From the NCBI GenBank assembly GCA_031370785.1, contig JANMQY010000079.1, positions 1-64,000 of the forward strand: a DNA stretch of 64,000 nt, written 5' to 3'. The DNA is from Candidatus Eiseniibacteriota bacterium (lineage in GTDB: Bacteria; Eisenbacteria; RBG-16-71-46). The stretch's first letter is position 1. Every line of letters starts with the position of its first letter. A program made the position numbers and the translations under genes. This document shows, piece after piece, positions 11,771-25,930 of the stretch. The notes below the pieces were generated by a model that saw only the letters and a list, made by a program, of their open reading frames with translations, ran no database searches and was not told the DNA's origin.

Positions 11771-11970
11771 GTCGGGCAGAGAAGACTCCTTGGCAGGGAG
11801 TTCTCGAAGCCGGCTCGGAGCCGCGGATGCTGCCCGCGGATTGTCGGAAGGTGATCCGTAACGGTGACCTAGAGCGAGGTGAGCCGTACGATCGCCGGAC
11901 GACCGAGCGAGTCGGGACTGCTGGGAATGCCGGTCGCCAGCCCCTGGTGACAACCTCTCGGCGCCCGGAT
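11771..11970 (+). ncRNA. ssrS: Probable 6S RNA
   Basis: About 200 nt of non-coding sequence folding by eye into one long rod (CGGGC/GCCCG, GAGA/TCTC, CAGGG/CCCTG, CCGGC/GCCGG, central bubble, GGTGATC/GATCGCC, ACGG/CCGT, ACCT/AGGT). Own promoter upstream, hairpins plus T-run downstream. Confidence 0.6.
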
Positions 11971-12043
11971 TCAGGGAGGGTCCCCCCTCCTCAGCTTCAA
12001 TCCGCTTCTCCCCCCTTGGAAGAGAAGACGTTTTTGTGTCGCG

Positions 12044-13000
12044 CTACATCCAGCGTTTGCGCCGGAGGTACCACCATGTCGCCGCGGCGGTCAGCGCGAG
12101 CAGGCTCACGATGTAGATCGTCCCGTGTCGCCAGCGATACTCGGCGAGCGGAAAGTTCATGCCGTAATAGCTGGTCACCACCGTGAGCGGCAGGCCGACA
12201 GTGGCGATCACCGTGAGTCGCTTGATCACATCGTTCATGCGATTCGAGACCATCGACACCTGCAGATCGAGCAGAGTCGCGGTCTCGTCCCGGAACGAGT
12301 CGAGCAGATCGGTAACGCGCGCCAGCCGGTCGTACACGTCGCGCAGGTAGGGCCGCAGGTCGGCGGGGATGGCGCGGAATTCGTCGCGAGTGAGCGCGAG
12401 CATGGTATCGCGCTGCGGCCCGAGGATGCGGCGCAGCGCCGACATGCCGCGCTTGAGGCGCACGATCTCGGCGTGCGCGTTCTCCCCGGTCGTGCCGAAC
12501 AGACGCTCCTCGATCGCGTCGATCTCCTCGGCGATCCGATCCATGATCGGCAGGTAGTGATCCACCAGCACGTCGAGTATGAAGTGCAGCAGGCGGCCCG
12601 TTCCGCCGCACAGCAGCTCCGGCCGCCTCGGCAGCATCTCGCGCGCGGCGGCGACCGACCGCGTGCTGCCGTCGTGGCACGAGATGAGATAGCGTTCCGC
12701 CAGCACCAGGTCGATCTCGCGCAGGTTCGGGCGATCCTCATCCCAGCGCGCCGAGTGCACCACGACATAGAGATAGTCGCCGTAGTCATCCACCTTCGGA
12801 CGGTTGACCTCCCCCAGCATGTCGTCGAGCACGAGAGGGTGGATGCTCAAAGGCGCGAGCAGTTCGCGCACCTCGGGCTCGGGCGCATCTTCGAGATCGA
12901 GCCACACCCGCTCCGGGCCCGTGCCGACCGCGAGCCGCACCGCCTCGGCCGGAGCGATCTCGCGCACCGCGGTGCCTTCCGCGACCCATGCGCGGATCAC
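12044..13000 (-). CDS. corA: CorA-family Mg2+/Co2+ transporter
   Basis: IHPLVLDD, RPKVDDY, YLRDVYD, YYGMNF signature; GTGA overlap with the upstream gene. Confidence 0.93.
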   Translation of the reverse strand: MIRAWVAEGTAVREIAPAEAVRLAVGTGPERVWLDLEDAPEPEVRELLAPLSIHPLVLDDMLGEVNRPKVDDYGDYLYVVVHSARWDEDRPNLREIDLVLAERYLISCHDGSTRSVAAAREMLPRRPELLCGGTGRLLHFILDVLVDHYLPIMDRIAEEIDAIEERLFGTTGENAHAEIVRLKRGMSALRRILGPQRDTMLALTRDEFRAIPADLRPYLRDVYDRLARVTDLLDSFRDETATLLDLQVSMVSNRMNDVIKRLTVIATVGLPLTVVTSYYGMNFPLAEYRWRHGTIYIVSLLALTAAATWWYLRRKRWM

Positions 13001-13920
13001 GCGCGCCTCTCCGCAACCGAATTCGCGGCGCCGAGCGCGAGCGTCGCGGTGCGCGCATGAATGCGCACCGTGTCCTCGGTCCGGCGCGCGTATCCACCGG
13101 CCAGCGCGATCGCGAACGGAATGCCGCGCGTGGCGCAGCCCTCGATCACGCGGCGGTCGCGTCGCTCGAGGCCGTCGAAGGTGAGCGCGAGCCCTCCAAT
13201 CTGATCGTCCACGTACGGGTCGGCCCCGGCCACGTACAGAACCAGCTCCGGCGCGAACGCCCAGACCTTCTCGAGCGCGAGGCTCAACGCGATATCGTAG
13301 GTCTCGTCGTCCGCTCCGTCCTCGAGCCCGACGTCGAGATCGCTCACCGCCTTGGGCACCGGATAGTTGTTCTCCTGGTGGATCGAAAGCGTGAACACCG
13401 AGTCGTCGTCCGCAAAGATGCGCGCGGTGCCGTTTCCCTGGTGCACGTCGAGGTCGACGACCGCGGCGCGACCGATCCGTCCTTCGGCCTGAAGCGTGCG
13501 AATCGCCACCGCAAGATCGTTGACGTAGCAGAAGCCTTCCGCGTGGCCAGGCGATGCGTGATGGAAGCCACCGCCGACGTGAACTGCGGCCCCTGCACCC
13601 AGCGCCTCGCGCGCGGCCAGAGTCGTGCCGCCCGCGGCCAGAACGTAGGCGCGCACGATGTCGCGGCTCAGCGGCAGCTCGGAGGATGCGGTTCGCTCCG
13701 AGATTCGCAGTGACTCCAGGTCGTCGAGATAAGCGTCCTCGTGCGCGCGCTGGAGCATCGTCCGGGAGGCCGGCTCGGGCTCGAGCACCGGCGTCTGGGC
13801 CAGCACCCCGTCGCGCGCGAGCGCCTCGACCACCCGGCGGTATTTGTCGGTGGGAAAGACGTGGGGCCCGATGTCGCATGCATACGCGCGCGAGTGCACG
13901 ATGACCGCTGGGTTCGCCAT
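12997..13920 (-). CDS. Histone deacetylase family protein
   Basis: HVFPTDKY, GGGFHHA, GFCYVND, DLDVHQGNGT, GADPY, AGGY. Confidence 0.93.
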   Translation of the reverse strand: MANPAVIVHSRAYACDIGPHVFPTDKYRRVVEALARDGVLAQTPVLEPEPASRTMLQRAHEDAYLDDLESLRISERTASSELPLSRDIVRAYVLAAGGTTLAAREALGAGAAVHVGGGFHHASPGHAEGFCYVNDLAVAIRTLQAEGRIGRAAVVDLDVHQGNGTARIFADDDSVFTLSIHQENNYPVPKAVSDLDVGLEDGADDETYDIALSLALEKVWAFAPELVLYVAGADPYVDDQIGGLALTFDGLERRDRRVIEGCATRGIPFAIALAGGYARRTEDTVRIHARTATLALGAANSVAERRA

Positions 13921-14003
13921 GGCCGCGGGATCGTGCCTCAAACGTCCGGAGCGCGCAAAGAAGCGTGGCACCCCGGCTTCGGTGGGATACACTCGTTGCC
14001 CCG

Positions 14004-15224
14004 ATGAACCCCTCCTCACCCGCACCCGCCGCCTTCCGAACCCTCGAGCGCGCGCTCATGCGCCGCCGCTTCGCAGGGGTGGATGCGCGCCTGCGCGTCG
14101 AGCTCGCCGCGCTGTGCGCCCTGATCTCGGGCTTCCTGTTCTGGCAGGCACGCGTCCCGCTCGACGGGCTAGCGCGCGCGCGAGGTCCGATCGCGGTCGC
14201 GATCCTGGAGCTGTTCGTACTCGCCGCGCTCGCCGCGCTCGGAGGATTCCTCGCCGGCACCCGTCACATGGCGCGGCTGCGTGGGGGATCCGGCGGGCCG
14301 GCTTGGCTCGCGCTGCCCGTGCCCCCGGCGATGCTCAAGCGGCACCTGATGTGGGACTCGCGGGTCTCGGCCTGGATTCTGCTCGTGCCCGGCATCGCCT
14401 GCGTCCTCGCGGCGATCGGCCTGGTGCCGCCGTGGTGGCTCGCGCTGCTCGCGGCGCTCTTCGTGTGGCTGTTGCTCGAAGTCGCGCGATTCGGCTGCTG
14501 GGCCGTGCAGCGGATCGTCGAGCGCGAAGCCGAGCCGCGAGCGGGGCTCGATGCGTTGACCCGCGTGCTGGCGGCCGGCCGGGGTGCGGTCGAGGTGGCC
14601 CGCCTTCCTAAGACGCGCTGGAGGCAGCAGGCGGCATGGCTCGCGCTCTGCGCCAAGGATCTGAAGCTCAGCCGCCGCGCGACCCCGGCGCGGCAGCGGG
14701 CGTGGATGCCGCTGATCCTGCTCGCGCTGTCGGCGCTGGTGTGGACGTTCCCGATCGCCACTCCCCTCTCCCGGGCGCTTTCGTTCGCGATCGGCCTGCT
14801 CGCGGCCACCACCTTCGCCGAGTGGATCATCGCCGCGGCGGGAACCGATCCGTTTTCCGTGCTGCGCGGACTGCCGCTGGGAGTGGCCACGGTATGGGGC
14901 GCGCGCGTCGCCATGGTCGCGGCGTTCGCCGCGGTACTTGTCGCGGTGCAGGCGCTGTGTGCGCGGCCTCTCGCGCCGCCCGCGCTCCGCTTCCATCTGG
15001 TGTGGCTCGGCGCGGCCTCGCTCACGATCGGGGTGCTCGGCGCGAATTACGCGATCACGCTCTATCCTCGCGCCGAGCACGCGCAGCGCGCGCTGGCGCT
15101 CTCGCTCGGGCTGGCCATCGCGGCGAGCCTGATGATCCCGCTGGTCGGCTGGGTGCTGCTGTTCACCGCCCTGCTCCACTCCGCGCGCCGGCTGCCGCGA
15201 TGGACGCAGCAGGAGATCGCCTGA
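14004..15224 (+). CDS. Putative ABC exporter permease
   Basis: About 10 hydrophobic segments in two halves; TGATG overlap with the ABC ATPase. Confidence 0.65.
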   Translation: MNPSSPAPAAFRTLERALMRRRFAGVDARLRVELAALCALISGFLFWQARVPLDGLARARGPIAVAILELFVLAALAALGGFLAGTRHMARLRGGSGGPAWLALPVPPAMLKRHLMWDSRVSAWILLVPGIACVLAAIGLVPPWWLALLAALFVWLLLEVARFGCWAVQRIVEREAEPRAGLDALTRVLAAGRGAVEVARLPKTRWRQQAAWLALCAKDLKLSRRATPARQRAWMPLILLALSALVWTFPIATPLSRALSFAIGLLAATTFAEWIIAAAGTDPFSVLRGLPLGVATVWGARVAMVAAFAAVLVAVQALCARPLAPPALRFHLVWLGAASLTIGVLGANYAITLYPRAEHAQRALALSLGLAIAASLMIPLVGWVLLFTALLHSARRLPRWTQQEIA

Positions 15225-15964
15225 TGCTGCGCATCGAGAATCTCTCGCGCCGATACGACGCGCTGATCGCGCTCGAGCGGGTCTCGCTCGAGGCGCACCC
15301 TGGCGAGATCGTGGGATTGCTCGGAGCGAACGGCGCGGGCAAGAGCACGCTGCTGCGCACCGCCGCGGGACTCCAGCCCCCGGATGAGGGCACGGTGCAC
15401 GTGGGCGAGGTGGATCTGTGGCGTGAGCCGATCGCGGCGAAGCAGAAGCTCGGCTACGCGGCCGAAGAGCCGGAGTTCTACGAAGAGCTGTCGCTGGACG
15501 AATTCCTCGCGTTCCTCGCGACGCTGCGCGGGCTCGATCCGTCCGCGAGCCGGGCTCGCTCGCGCGCGCTATGCCATCAGCTCGGACTCGAGGGCCGGAC
15601 CGACGAGCCGGTTCGCCGGTTCTCGCACGGCATGCGCAAGAAGGCTTCGTTCCTCGCGGCGGTGCTGCACCAGCCCGCCGTGCTCCTGTGCGACGAGGCT
15701 CTCGAGGGTTTCGACGCGGGGGCCGCGCTCGCCGCCAAGCAGGAGCTGCGAGAGATGAGCCGGCGCGGATGCGCCGTCCTGTTCTCGAGCCACGTCACCG
15801 AGACCATCGAGCGGCTGTGCGACCGGGTGGTGCTCCTGCACCGCGGTCGGGTGGCGCGAGCCCTGAGCCGCGCGGAGTGGGGTGCGCCCGATCCGGGACT
15901 CTCGCCGCTCGAGCGCGAATTCCTCTCGCTCGCCGAGGCCGACGGCGTGGAGCGCAGCGCGTGA
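15224..15964 (+). CDS. ABC-2 type ATP-binding protein
   Basis: GANGAGKST, FSHGM, LLCDE, SSH. Confidence 0.92.
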   Translation: MLRIENLSRRYDALIALERVSLEAHPGEIVGLLGANGAGKSTLLRTAAGLQPPDEGTVHVGEVDLWREPIAAKQKLGYAAEEPEFYEELSLDEFLAFLATLRGLDPSASRARSRALCHQLGLEGRTDEPVRRFSHGMRKKASFLAAVLHQPAVLLCDEALEGFDAGAALAAKQELREMSRRGCAVLFSSHVTETIERLCDRVVLLHRGRVARALSRAEWGAPDPGLSPLEREFLSLAEADGVERSA

Positions 15965-17445
15965 GCGGGGCGCGTCGCGTGGCGCTGGCTCTCGCGCTGT
16001 GGAGCGCAGTGGGGCTGGCGTGCGCGTCCGCCCCGGCACGGGCCGGCGAGCCGCCGACCCGCACCATGACGCTGCTGACGGTCTGCCCGACCCCCGCGGC
16101 GCTGCGCGCGCGTCTCGCAGCCTATGCGGATTCGGCGCGCTCGGGAGATCCGTACGGAGCGGCCGAAGCGCGCTACGAGATCGGGCGCAGCTTCTTCCGC
16201 GCCGGACTGACCGACAGCGCGATCATCAACCTCGAAGAGGCGATGACGCTGCGCGGATCGGATGAGGAGCGGCTCGCGCTGCTGATCGCGCTCGAGGCTC
16301 GCGGCAGGAGCACGGACCTCGAGCGCGTGATCGGCCTGATCCACGCGTCGCTAGCGGGCAGCGACATCGCCTCGCAGCTCACCTACTGGCGCGGACATCT
16401 CGCGTGGGCCCTGTTCCTCGCCGGCCGGGCGGACAGCGCCCACACGATCGCCAGCTCGGTCGCATCCGAGGCCAACTGGACCCTCGAGTGGCAGGAGCGA
16501 TTCGGGTTGATCGCGGCCGCTCACGGCGATGCCCGGGACGCGTTCGTGCGACTGCTGCCGGTAGCCCGCGCCGCCCGCGGCCAGGCGGCCGAGGTCACCG
16601 CCGCGCTCGCCCGCGCGAGCGCCGAGCTTCCTTCGGCCGATCGCGACCGAGCCGATCGACTGATGGAGAACCTGACCGCGCCCGAGGACCGGGCCGAGCG
16701 GGGCTGGCTCGCGAAGGCCGGAGCATCCCGTCTCGACTTCGCAGCGCGCGACGGGTTTCCGCTCGGCGCAATCGTCTTCCCCGCGGCCTCAGTCACGCGC
16801 CGTCGGGCCGCGATCGTGGTGATGGCCCACGGCGACTCGCTCGCGGATCACGACAGCCTGGGCGTGGTGCTGGCGCGCACCGGGCTGGCGGTGATGCTGC
16901 TCGAGCCGCGCGGCAGCGGCCACTCGGTCGCTCCCTCCTGCCCGCTGCCGTGGGCATGGCGCGGGCGCGAGGAGAAGCTGGAAGCGACGGTGGCTCGCGA
17001 CGTGCTCGACGCGCTGCGCGCTCTGGCGCAGCGCATGCCGATCGACACCTCGGCCTACGTGGTGGCGGGCATTGGACCGACCGCCGGCATCGCGATCGAG
17101 GCCGGTTCGCTCGATCCGCGCGCGGGCGCATTGCTGCTGGTCAGCCCGGAGCCGCCGCCCAGCGAGCAGGGCCGGGCCTGCGCGCGATTGGCGAAGATGC
17201 GCCGGCCGGTGTTCTTCCAGACCTCACCCGAGGATGCAATCGACTGGTTCGAAGTGATCGACGCTCTCTACCAGTCCGGCAACCGCTCGGCTTCGCGTCA
17301 GGCCGATGCGGTCGGCAGGGGGCGTCGCGCCATCCAGTACCGCTACGATCCGGCCCTCGGCGAGCGCTTCAGGCGCTGGCTGGGAGACGTGCTTCCGGAG
17401 CACGCGCGGCGCGCGCCTCGACCAGAACGACCGCGGCGAGGATGA
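15961..17445 (+). CDS. Exported TPR-like plus alpha/beta-hydrolase-fold protein
   Basis: Signal peptide; helical repeats; ARDGFPLGA, VMAHG, EPRGSGHS. Nucleophile elbow reads GIGPT. Confidence 0.65.
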   Translation: MSGARRVALALALWSAVGLACASAPARAGEPPTRTMTLLTVCPTPAALRARLAAYADSARSGDPYGAAEARYEIGRSFFRAGLTDSAIINLEEAMTLRGSDEERLALLIALEARGRSTDLERVIGLIHASLAGSDIASQLTYWRGHLAWALFLAGRADSAHTIASSVASEANWTLEWQERFGLIAAAHGDARDAFVRLLPVARAARGQAAEVTAALARASAELPSADRDRADRLMENLTAPEDRAERGWLAKAGASRLDFAARDGFPLGAIVFPAASVTRRRAAIVVMAHGDSLADHDSLGVVLARTGLAVMLLEPRGSGHSVAPSCPLPWAWRGREEKLEATVARDVLDALRALAQRMPIDTSAYVVAGIGPTAGIAIEAGSLDPRAGALLLVSPEPPPSEQGRACARLAKMRRPVFFQTSPEDAIDWFEVIDALYQSGNRSASRQADAVGRGRRAIQYRYDPALGERFRRWLGDVLPEHARRAPRPERPRRG

Positions 17446-18256
17446 GCGCGGCGCCGAGCCACCACCTCGGCGCGAAGCGTTCGCCCCCGAGCCCGATCGC
17501 GAACAGCAGCGCGAAGACCGGCTCGAGCGCGAACAGGAGGCCGACCCGCCCGGGCGGCAGGGTGCGCTGCGCCGCGACCTGCAGCAGCGGAGCGATCACG
17601 CTGGCCGGGATCGCAAGATAGGCGAAGCGCAGCCAGTTCGCCGCATCGAACGTCGTGAAGGCGCGCAGGTCCCCTCCCGCGAACGGGGCCAGCGTCGCGA
17701 CCAGCACCAGCGCCTGCACCGCCATCAGTCCGATCGGATCCGCCGCCGGCGCGAAGCGCGCCACGCTGACGATCTGTAGCGCGTAGAGCAGCGCGCCGAG
17801 CATGGTCCAGCGCTCGCCGATGCCGAGCGTCAATGAGCCACGCAGCGAGAGCAGCGCCGAGCCGGCGAGCGCGAGCAGGATCCCGCCGAACAGGGTCGCG
17901 CCCGGGCGCTGGCGCAGCAGCGGCCATGCGAAGAACCCGGCGCAAAGCGTGCCGGCACAGGTCAGGAACGCCGAGCTGCCGGCCGAGGTATCGGTGAGCC
18001 CGATCGCCTGGAACAGGTAGCTGCCCGCGGTGAGCGATCCGGACGCGAGCCCTCCGAGCCATGCGGCGCGGTTCAGCCGCGAGGGCCGCAGCGCGACCGC
18101 GACCAGGAACACCACCAGCGCAACGCAGAAACGCCCGAAGACCAGCGGGAGCGGCGCGATGGCGGCCAGCGCATCGCGGGTGACGACGAACGTCGCGCCC
18201 CACAGCAGGGTCGCGACCACCATGCCAAGCACGGCGCGCCGCTCAGCGCCGGGCAT
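17369..18256 (-). CDS. DMT/EamA family transporter
   Basis: LWGATF, FQAIGL, LEPVFA; two EamA halves. Confidence 0.9.
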   Translation of the reverse strand: MPGAERRAVLGMVVATLLWGATFVVTRDALAAIAPLPLVFGRFCVALVVFLVAVALRPSRLNRAAWLGGLASGSLTAGSYLFQAIGLTDTSAGSSAFLTCAGTLCAGFFAWPLLRQRPGATLFGGILLALAGSALLSLRGSLTLGIGERWTMLGALLYALQIVSVARFAPAADPIGLMAVQALVLVATLAPFAGGDLRAFTTFDAANWLRFAYLAIPASVIAPLLQVAAQRTLPPGRVGLLFALEPVFALLFAIGLGGERFAPRWWLGAALILAAVVLVEARAARAPEARLPASA

Positions 18257-18261
18257 GCGGC

Positions 18262-18924
18262 TCAGGCTCGGCGGCGGCGCGGGCCACGCGCCTGGGTCAG
18301 GGCGAACGAGAGACTCTCGAACTCCATCGCCATGTCCACCGTGCGCAGCGCGACGTGCTCCGGAACGAACAGCTTGCGCGGCGCGAAATTCAGGATCCCG
18401 CGCACCCCGGCCTCGACCAGCGCGTCGGCCACTTCCTGAGCCGCCTGGATCGGAGTCGCGACCACGCCGATGTCGAAGCTCTCGCCCGTCCCCGTCGCGG
18501 ACAGTCGCGTGATGTCCTGCACCACGTGGGACCCGAGGCGCTGGCCGACCCGCGCCGCATCCCGGTCGAAGACGGCCACGATATCGAAGCCCTGCTTCTG
18601 GAACCCACGGTAGGCGAGCAGCGCCGAGCCGATGTTGCCCGCACCGACCAGCGCGACGCGCCAGCGGCGCTCGAGCCCGAGGATGGCGCGGATCTGGTCA
18701 CGCAGATGATCGACGTTGTACCCGAGGCCGCGTCGTCCGAACGACCCGAAGTACGAGAGGTCCTTGCGCACCTGCGCCGAGGTGATGCCCTCGCGCTCCG
18801 CCAGGCGGTGCGAGGAGATCATGCGCTTGCCCTCGGCCTGCACTTCCTCGAGCACGCGGTAGTAGTGCGAGAGACGGCGGACGGTGGATTCGGAGATGCG
18901 CGCCATCGAGGGCCCCGGGCGCAT
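18262..18924 (-). CDS. rex: Redox-sensing transcriptional repressor Rex
   Basis: TVRRLSHY, QVRKDLSYFG, GLGY, GAGNIG, GILNFAP. Confidence 0.97.
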   Translation of the reverse strand: MRPGPSMARISESTVRRLSHYYRVLEEVQAEGKRMISSHRLAEREGITSAQVRKDLSYFGSFGRRGLGYNVDHLRDQIRAILGLERRWRVALVGAGNIGSALLAYRGFQKQGFDIVAVFDRDAARVGQRLGSHVVQDITRLSATGTGESFDIGVVATPIQAAQEVADALVEAGVRGILNFAPRKLFVPEHVALRTVDMAMEFESLSFALTQARGPRRRRA

Positions 18925-18936
18925 GAACCGCGCCTC

Positions 18937-18954
18937 CGGTGAATGATTTCACAA
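18937..18954 (-). promoter_or_regulatory. Rex operator abutting the rex RBS
   Basis: Minus strand TTGTGAA-ATCA-TTCACCG, 12/14 match to TTGTGAA-N4-TTCACAA. Confidence 0.8.
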
Positions 18955-19011
18955 ACCGGGTCGAACAAAGGCGCAGCGCCCGACTCAGGGACGCTGCGCC
19001 GTGATCCTCGG

Positions 19012-21555
<2,544 letters not shown>

Positions 21556-21610
21556 GTCGTCGTTCCTGACCGGCGCCGGGATGTCTCCGGCGCCCTGGTT
21601 GGACTGTGCT

Positions 21611-22188
21611 TCAGCGGGCTCCTCGCCACGCCCAGTCGACGCCGGCGCTCACGTAGCGCCCGACAAGCACGTCGTTGGCGAGGCGGTGATAGCGAAGTGA
21701 TGCTCCGAGGGCGCCGCTGCCCATCGGTCGGCGCAGGCCGGCGGCGAGACTGAATCCGGTGGAGCCGACGCGGTTCTGGGTGACGCCGAGCCGGTCGTCT
21801 TCGACGCGGTAGTAACCCCACGTCGCGCTGCCGAACGGCTCCCATCCGCGCCGCGGCGCGGTCCGCGCGTCGAGCCGCCACGCCGCGCCGTAGGCGGCGC
21901 GGTGTCCGAGCCCGACGGTGCCGAGATCGGTTCCGTCGTTCGCATCCCTCAGCCGGCCGATTCGATTCCCGGCATCGTCCGCGAACAGGCCGAGACCGAA
22001 CGAGACGCCCTGGAGGTCGAGCGGCCACAGTGCGCCGAGCGAAAGCGACCAGCCGCCGCCGCCCAGATCTCCGGTGACCGCGAAAGAATGGCCGGCGCTT
22101 CCGGTCCATTCGGGCAGCGGCACCGCGCGCGCCATGGGAGTGCCGGCGAGCAGCAGGAGCAGCGAGGCGGATGCGATCAGTGGGCGCA

Positions 22189-22189
<1 letters not shown>
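21611..22189 (-). CDS. Small outer-membrane beta-barrel-like protein
   Basis: Signal peptide; Gly/aromatic alternating strands; C-terminal YVSAGVDWAW. Confidence 0.6.
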
Positions 22190-24428
<2,239 letters not shown>

Positions 24429-24430
24429 CC

Positions 24431-25579
24431 CTATCCCGCAGCCTCGGGCAGTCGCAGCGGCATGATCAGGCACAGCTGCTCCTCCTCGGACTGCGGCAGC
24501 GCTCCTACCGGCTCGACGATTCCGGCCGCGAGCGCGGTATTGAGGCGGAACGCGACTTCCTCGGTCGGAATGCTCTTCAGGATTTCCAGCAGATAGCCTG
24601 CGTTGTAGCCGATGTCCATGTCGTCGCCCGCGTAATTCGCCTCGATCTGGTGCTCGCCCGCGCCGAGCTCGGTCGCGGACGACACACCGAGCTTGCCTGA
24701 GCGCACGGAGAAGCGCACCTGGCGCGTGATGTTGTCCGCGTGCGAGGCCACGATGTCCACGGCCTCCATCACGTCCGCGCGCCGCGCGCGAAGCTCGCGC
24801 GGGTTGTTGCGCGGGATCACCTGCTCGTAGTTCGGGTACGGTCCCTCGAGGAGCCGGGTCAGGATCTGCACGCGGTACTCCCCGACCTGGGTCGTGAAGC
24901 CGGCCTGGTTCTTTCCGGCGGCAATCTCGATCTCGACCGGGCTGGTCGCCTCCTCGGCGGTCCGGCTCACCGACTGGAGCGCCCGGCTCGGCACGATCAC
25001 GCCGTCCTTCGCCAACCCCGCGAACGAACCCTTGCGCGTGTATCGCGCGAGACGATGCCCGTCGGTGGCGACGAAGATCACCTGCTTGTCGTTGCCCTGA
25101 ATCAGCACGCCGTTGAGCTGCGGGCGCGTCTCCTCGTTCGATGCGGCATAGCCAGTGCGAGCGATCAAACGCGACAGCGCATCACCGCTCAGCGAGATCC
25201 TGGCGTCGGCCTTGAGCTCGGGAATGCGCGGAAAATCCGCGGGATCCTGAACCGGAAATTTCGACCAGCCCTTGCCGTCGCCGTACTTGACCTCGCACTG
25301 CCCGGAACCGATCGAGATCGACAGAATTCCCTTGGGCATCTTGCGCACGACGTCGTTGAAATGCCGCGCAGAAACCGCGGCGCGCCCCGGAGATTTCACG
25401 GCACTCGGAACGAGAACGGAGGTGGTCACGTCCAGGTCGGTTCCGGTCACCCGAAGGCCGTTCTTGTCGGCCTCCAGCAGCACGCAACTGAGCAGGGGCA
25501 GCGGGCTCTTGTTCGAGACCGAACCCAGCGCTCTGCCGACGGCGAACGCCAAGTCGCCCTGCTGAATGGTGAGTTCCAT
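24431..25579 (-). CDS. dnaN: DNA polymerase III beta clamp
   Basis: GTDLD, RPQLNGV, ATDGHRL, GPYPNY, IMPLRL. Confidence 0.97.
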   Translation of the reverse strand: MELTIQQGDLAFAVGRALGSVSNKSPLPLLSCVLLEADKNGLRVTGTDLDVTTSVLVPSAVKSPGRAAVSARHFNDVVRKMPKGILSISIGSGQCEVKYGDGKGWSKFPVQDPADFPRIPELKADARISLSGDALSRLIARTGYAASNEETRPQLNGVLIQGNDKQVIFVATDGHRLARYTRKGSFAGLAKDGVIVPSRALQSVSRTAEEATSPVEIEIAAGKNQAGFTTQVGEYRVQILTRLLEGPYPNYEQVIPRNNPRELRARRADVMEAVDIVASHADNITRQVRFSVRSGKLGVSSATELGAGEHQIEANYAGDDMDIGYNAGYLLEILKSIPTEEVAFRLNTALAAGIVEPVGALPQSEEEQLCLIMPLRLPEAAG

Positions 25580-25699
25580 ACGATCACTCCCTGACTGTTG
25601 GGAAGTCGAAGTCCCGCTGGTGTTTCCGGGAGCCGCAAAGGTGTCCGTGGAGGCATTCATTCGGGTGCCCGCATAGTAGTTTCTGGCCCTTACCCCTGC

Positions 25700-25928
25700 A
25701 AGCCCAGATTCACTGCTTCTAACCTATTGTATTTCAATAAGAAAGAAGCTAGTAACCGTAGGGCCTGTGGAGTTTGTGAAAGGACCCGTATTTCGGGTCC
25801 TAAATGGGTCCTGGCTAATGGGATGGAAGTTCGTACCGAAATGTGGAGAACCTTCGCTGATTCCACATTCCGGTACGGGTCGCGCGGGAAGCTCAAAACT
25901 TTCCCCAAGCGTCCACCGGTTTTCCACA
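25700..25928. other. oriC, unwinding subregion between dnaA and dnaN
   Basis: DnaA-box-like 9-mers (TTTTCCACA 25920, GATTCCACA 25859, TGTGGAGAA 25842, tandem pair 25766-25783) next to an AT-rich tract at about 25715-25755. Confidence 0.85.
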
Positions 25929-25930
25929 GC

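Noticed and set aside
11771..11970. SRP RNA, RNase P RNA, tmRNA or an ORF (11764..12186)
   Set aside because: No SRP GGAA-loop/AGCAG motif, no GAGGAAAGTCC and no tRNA-like ends; the ORF has no RBS or protein-like composition.
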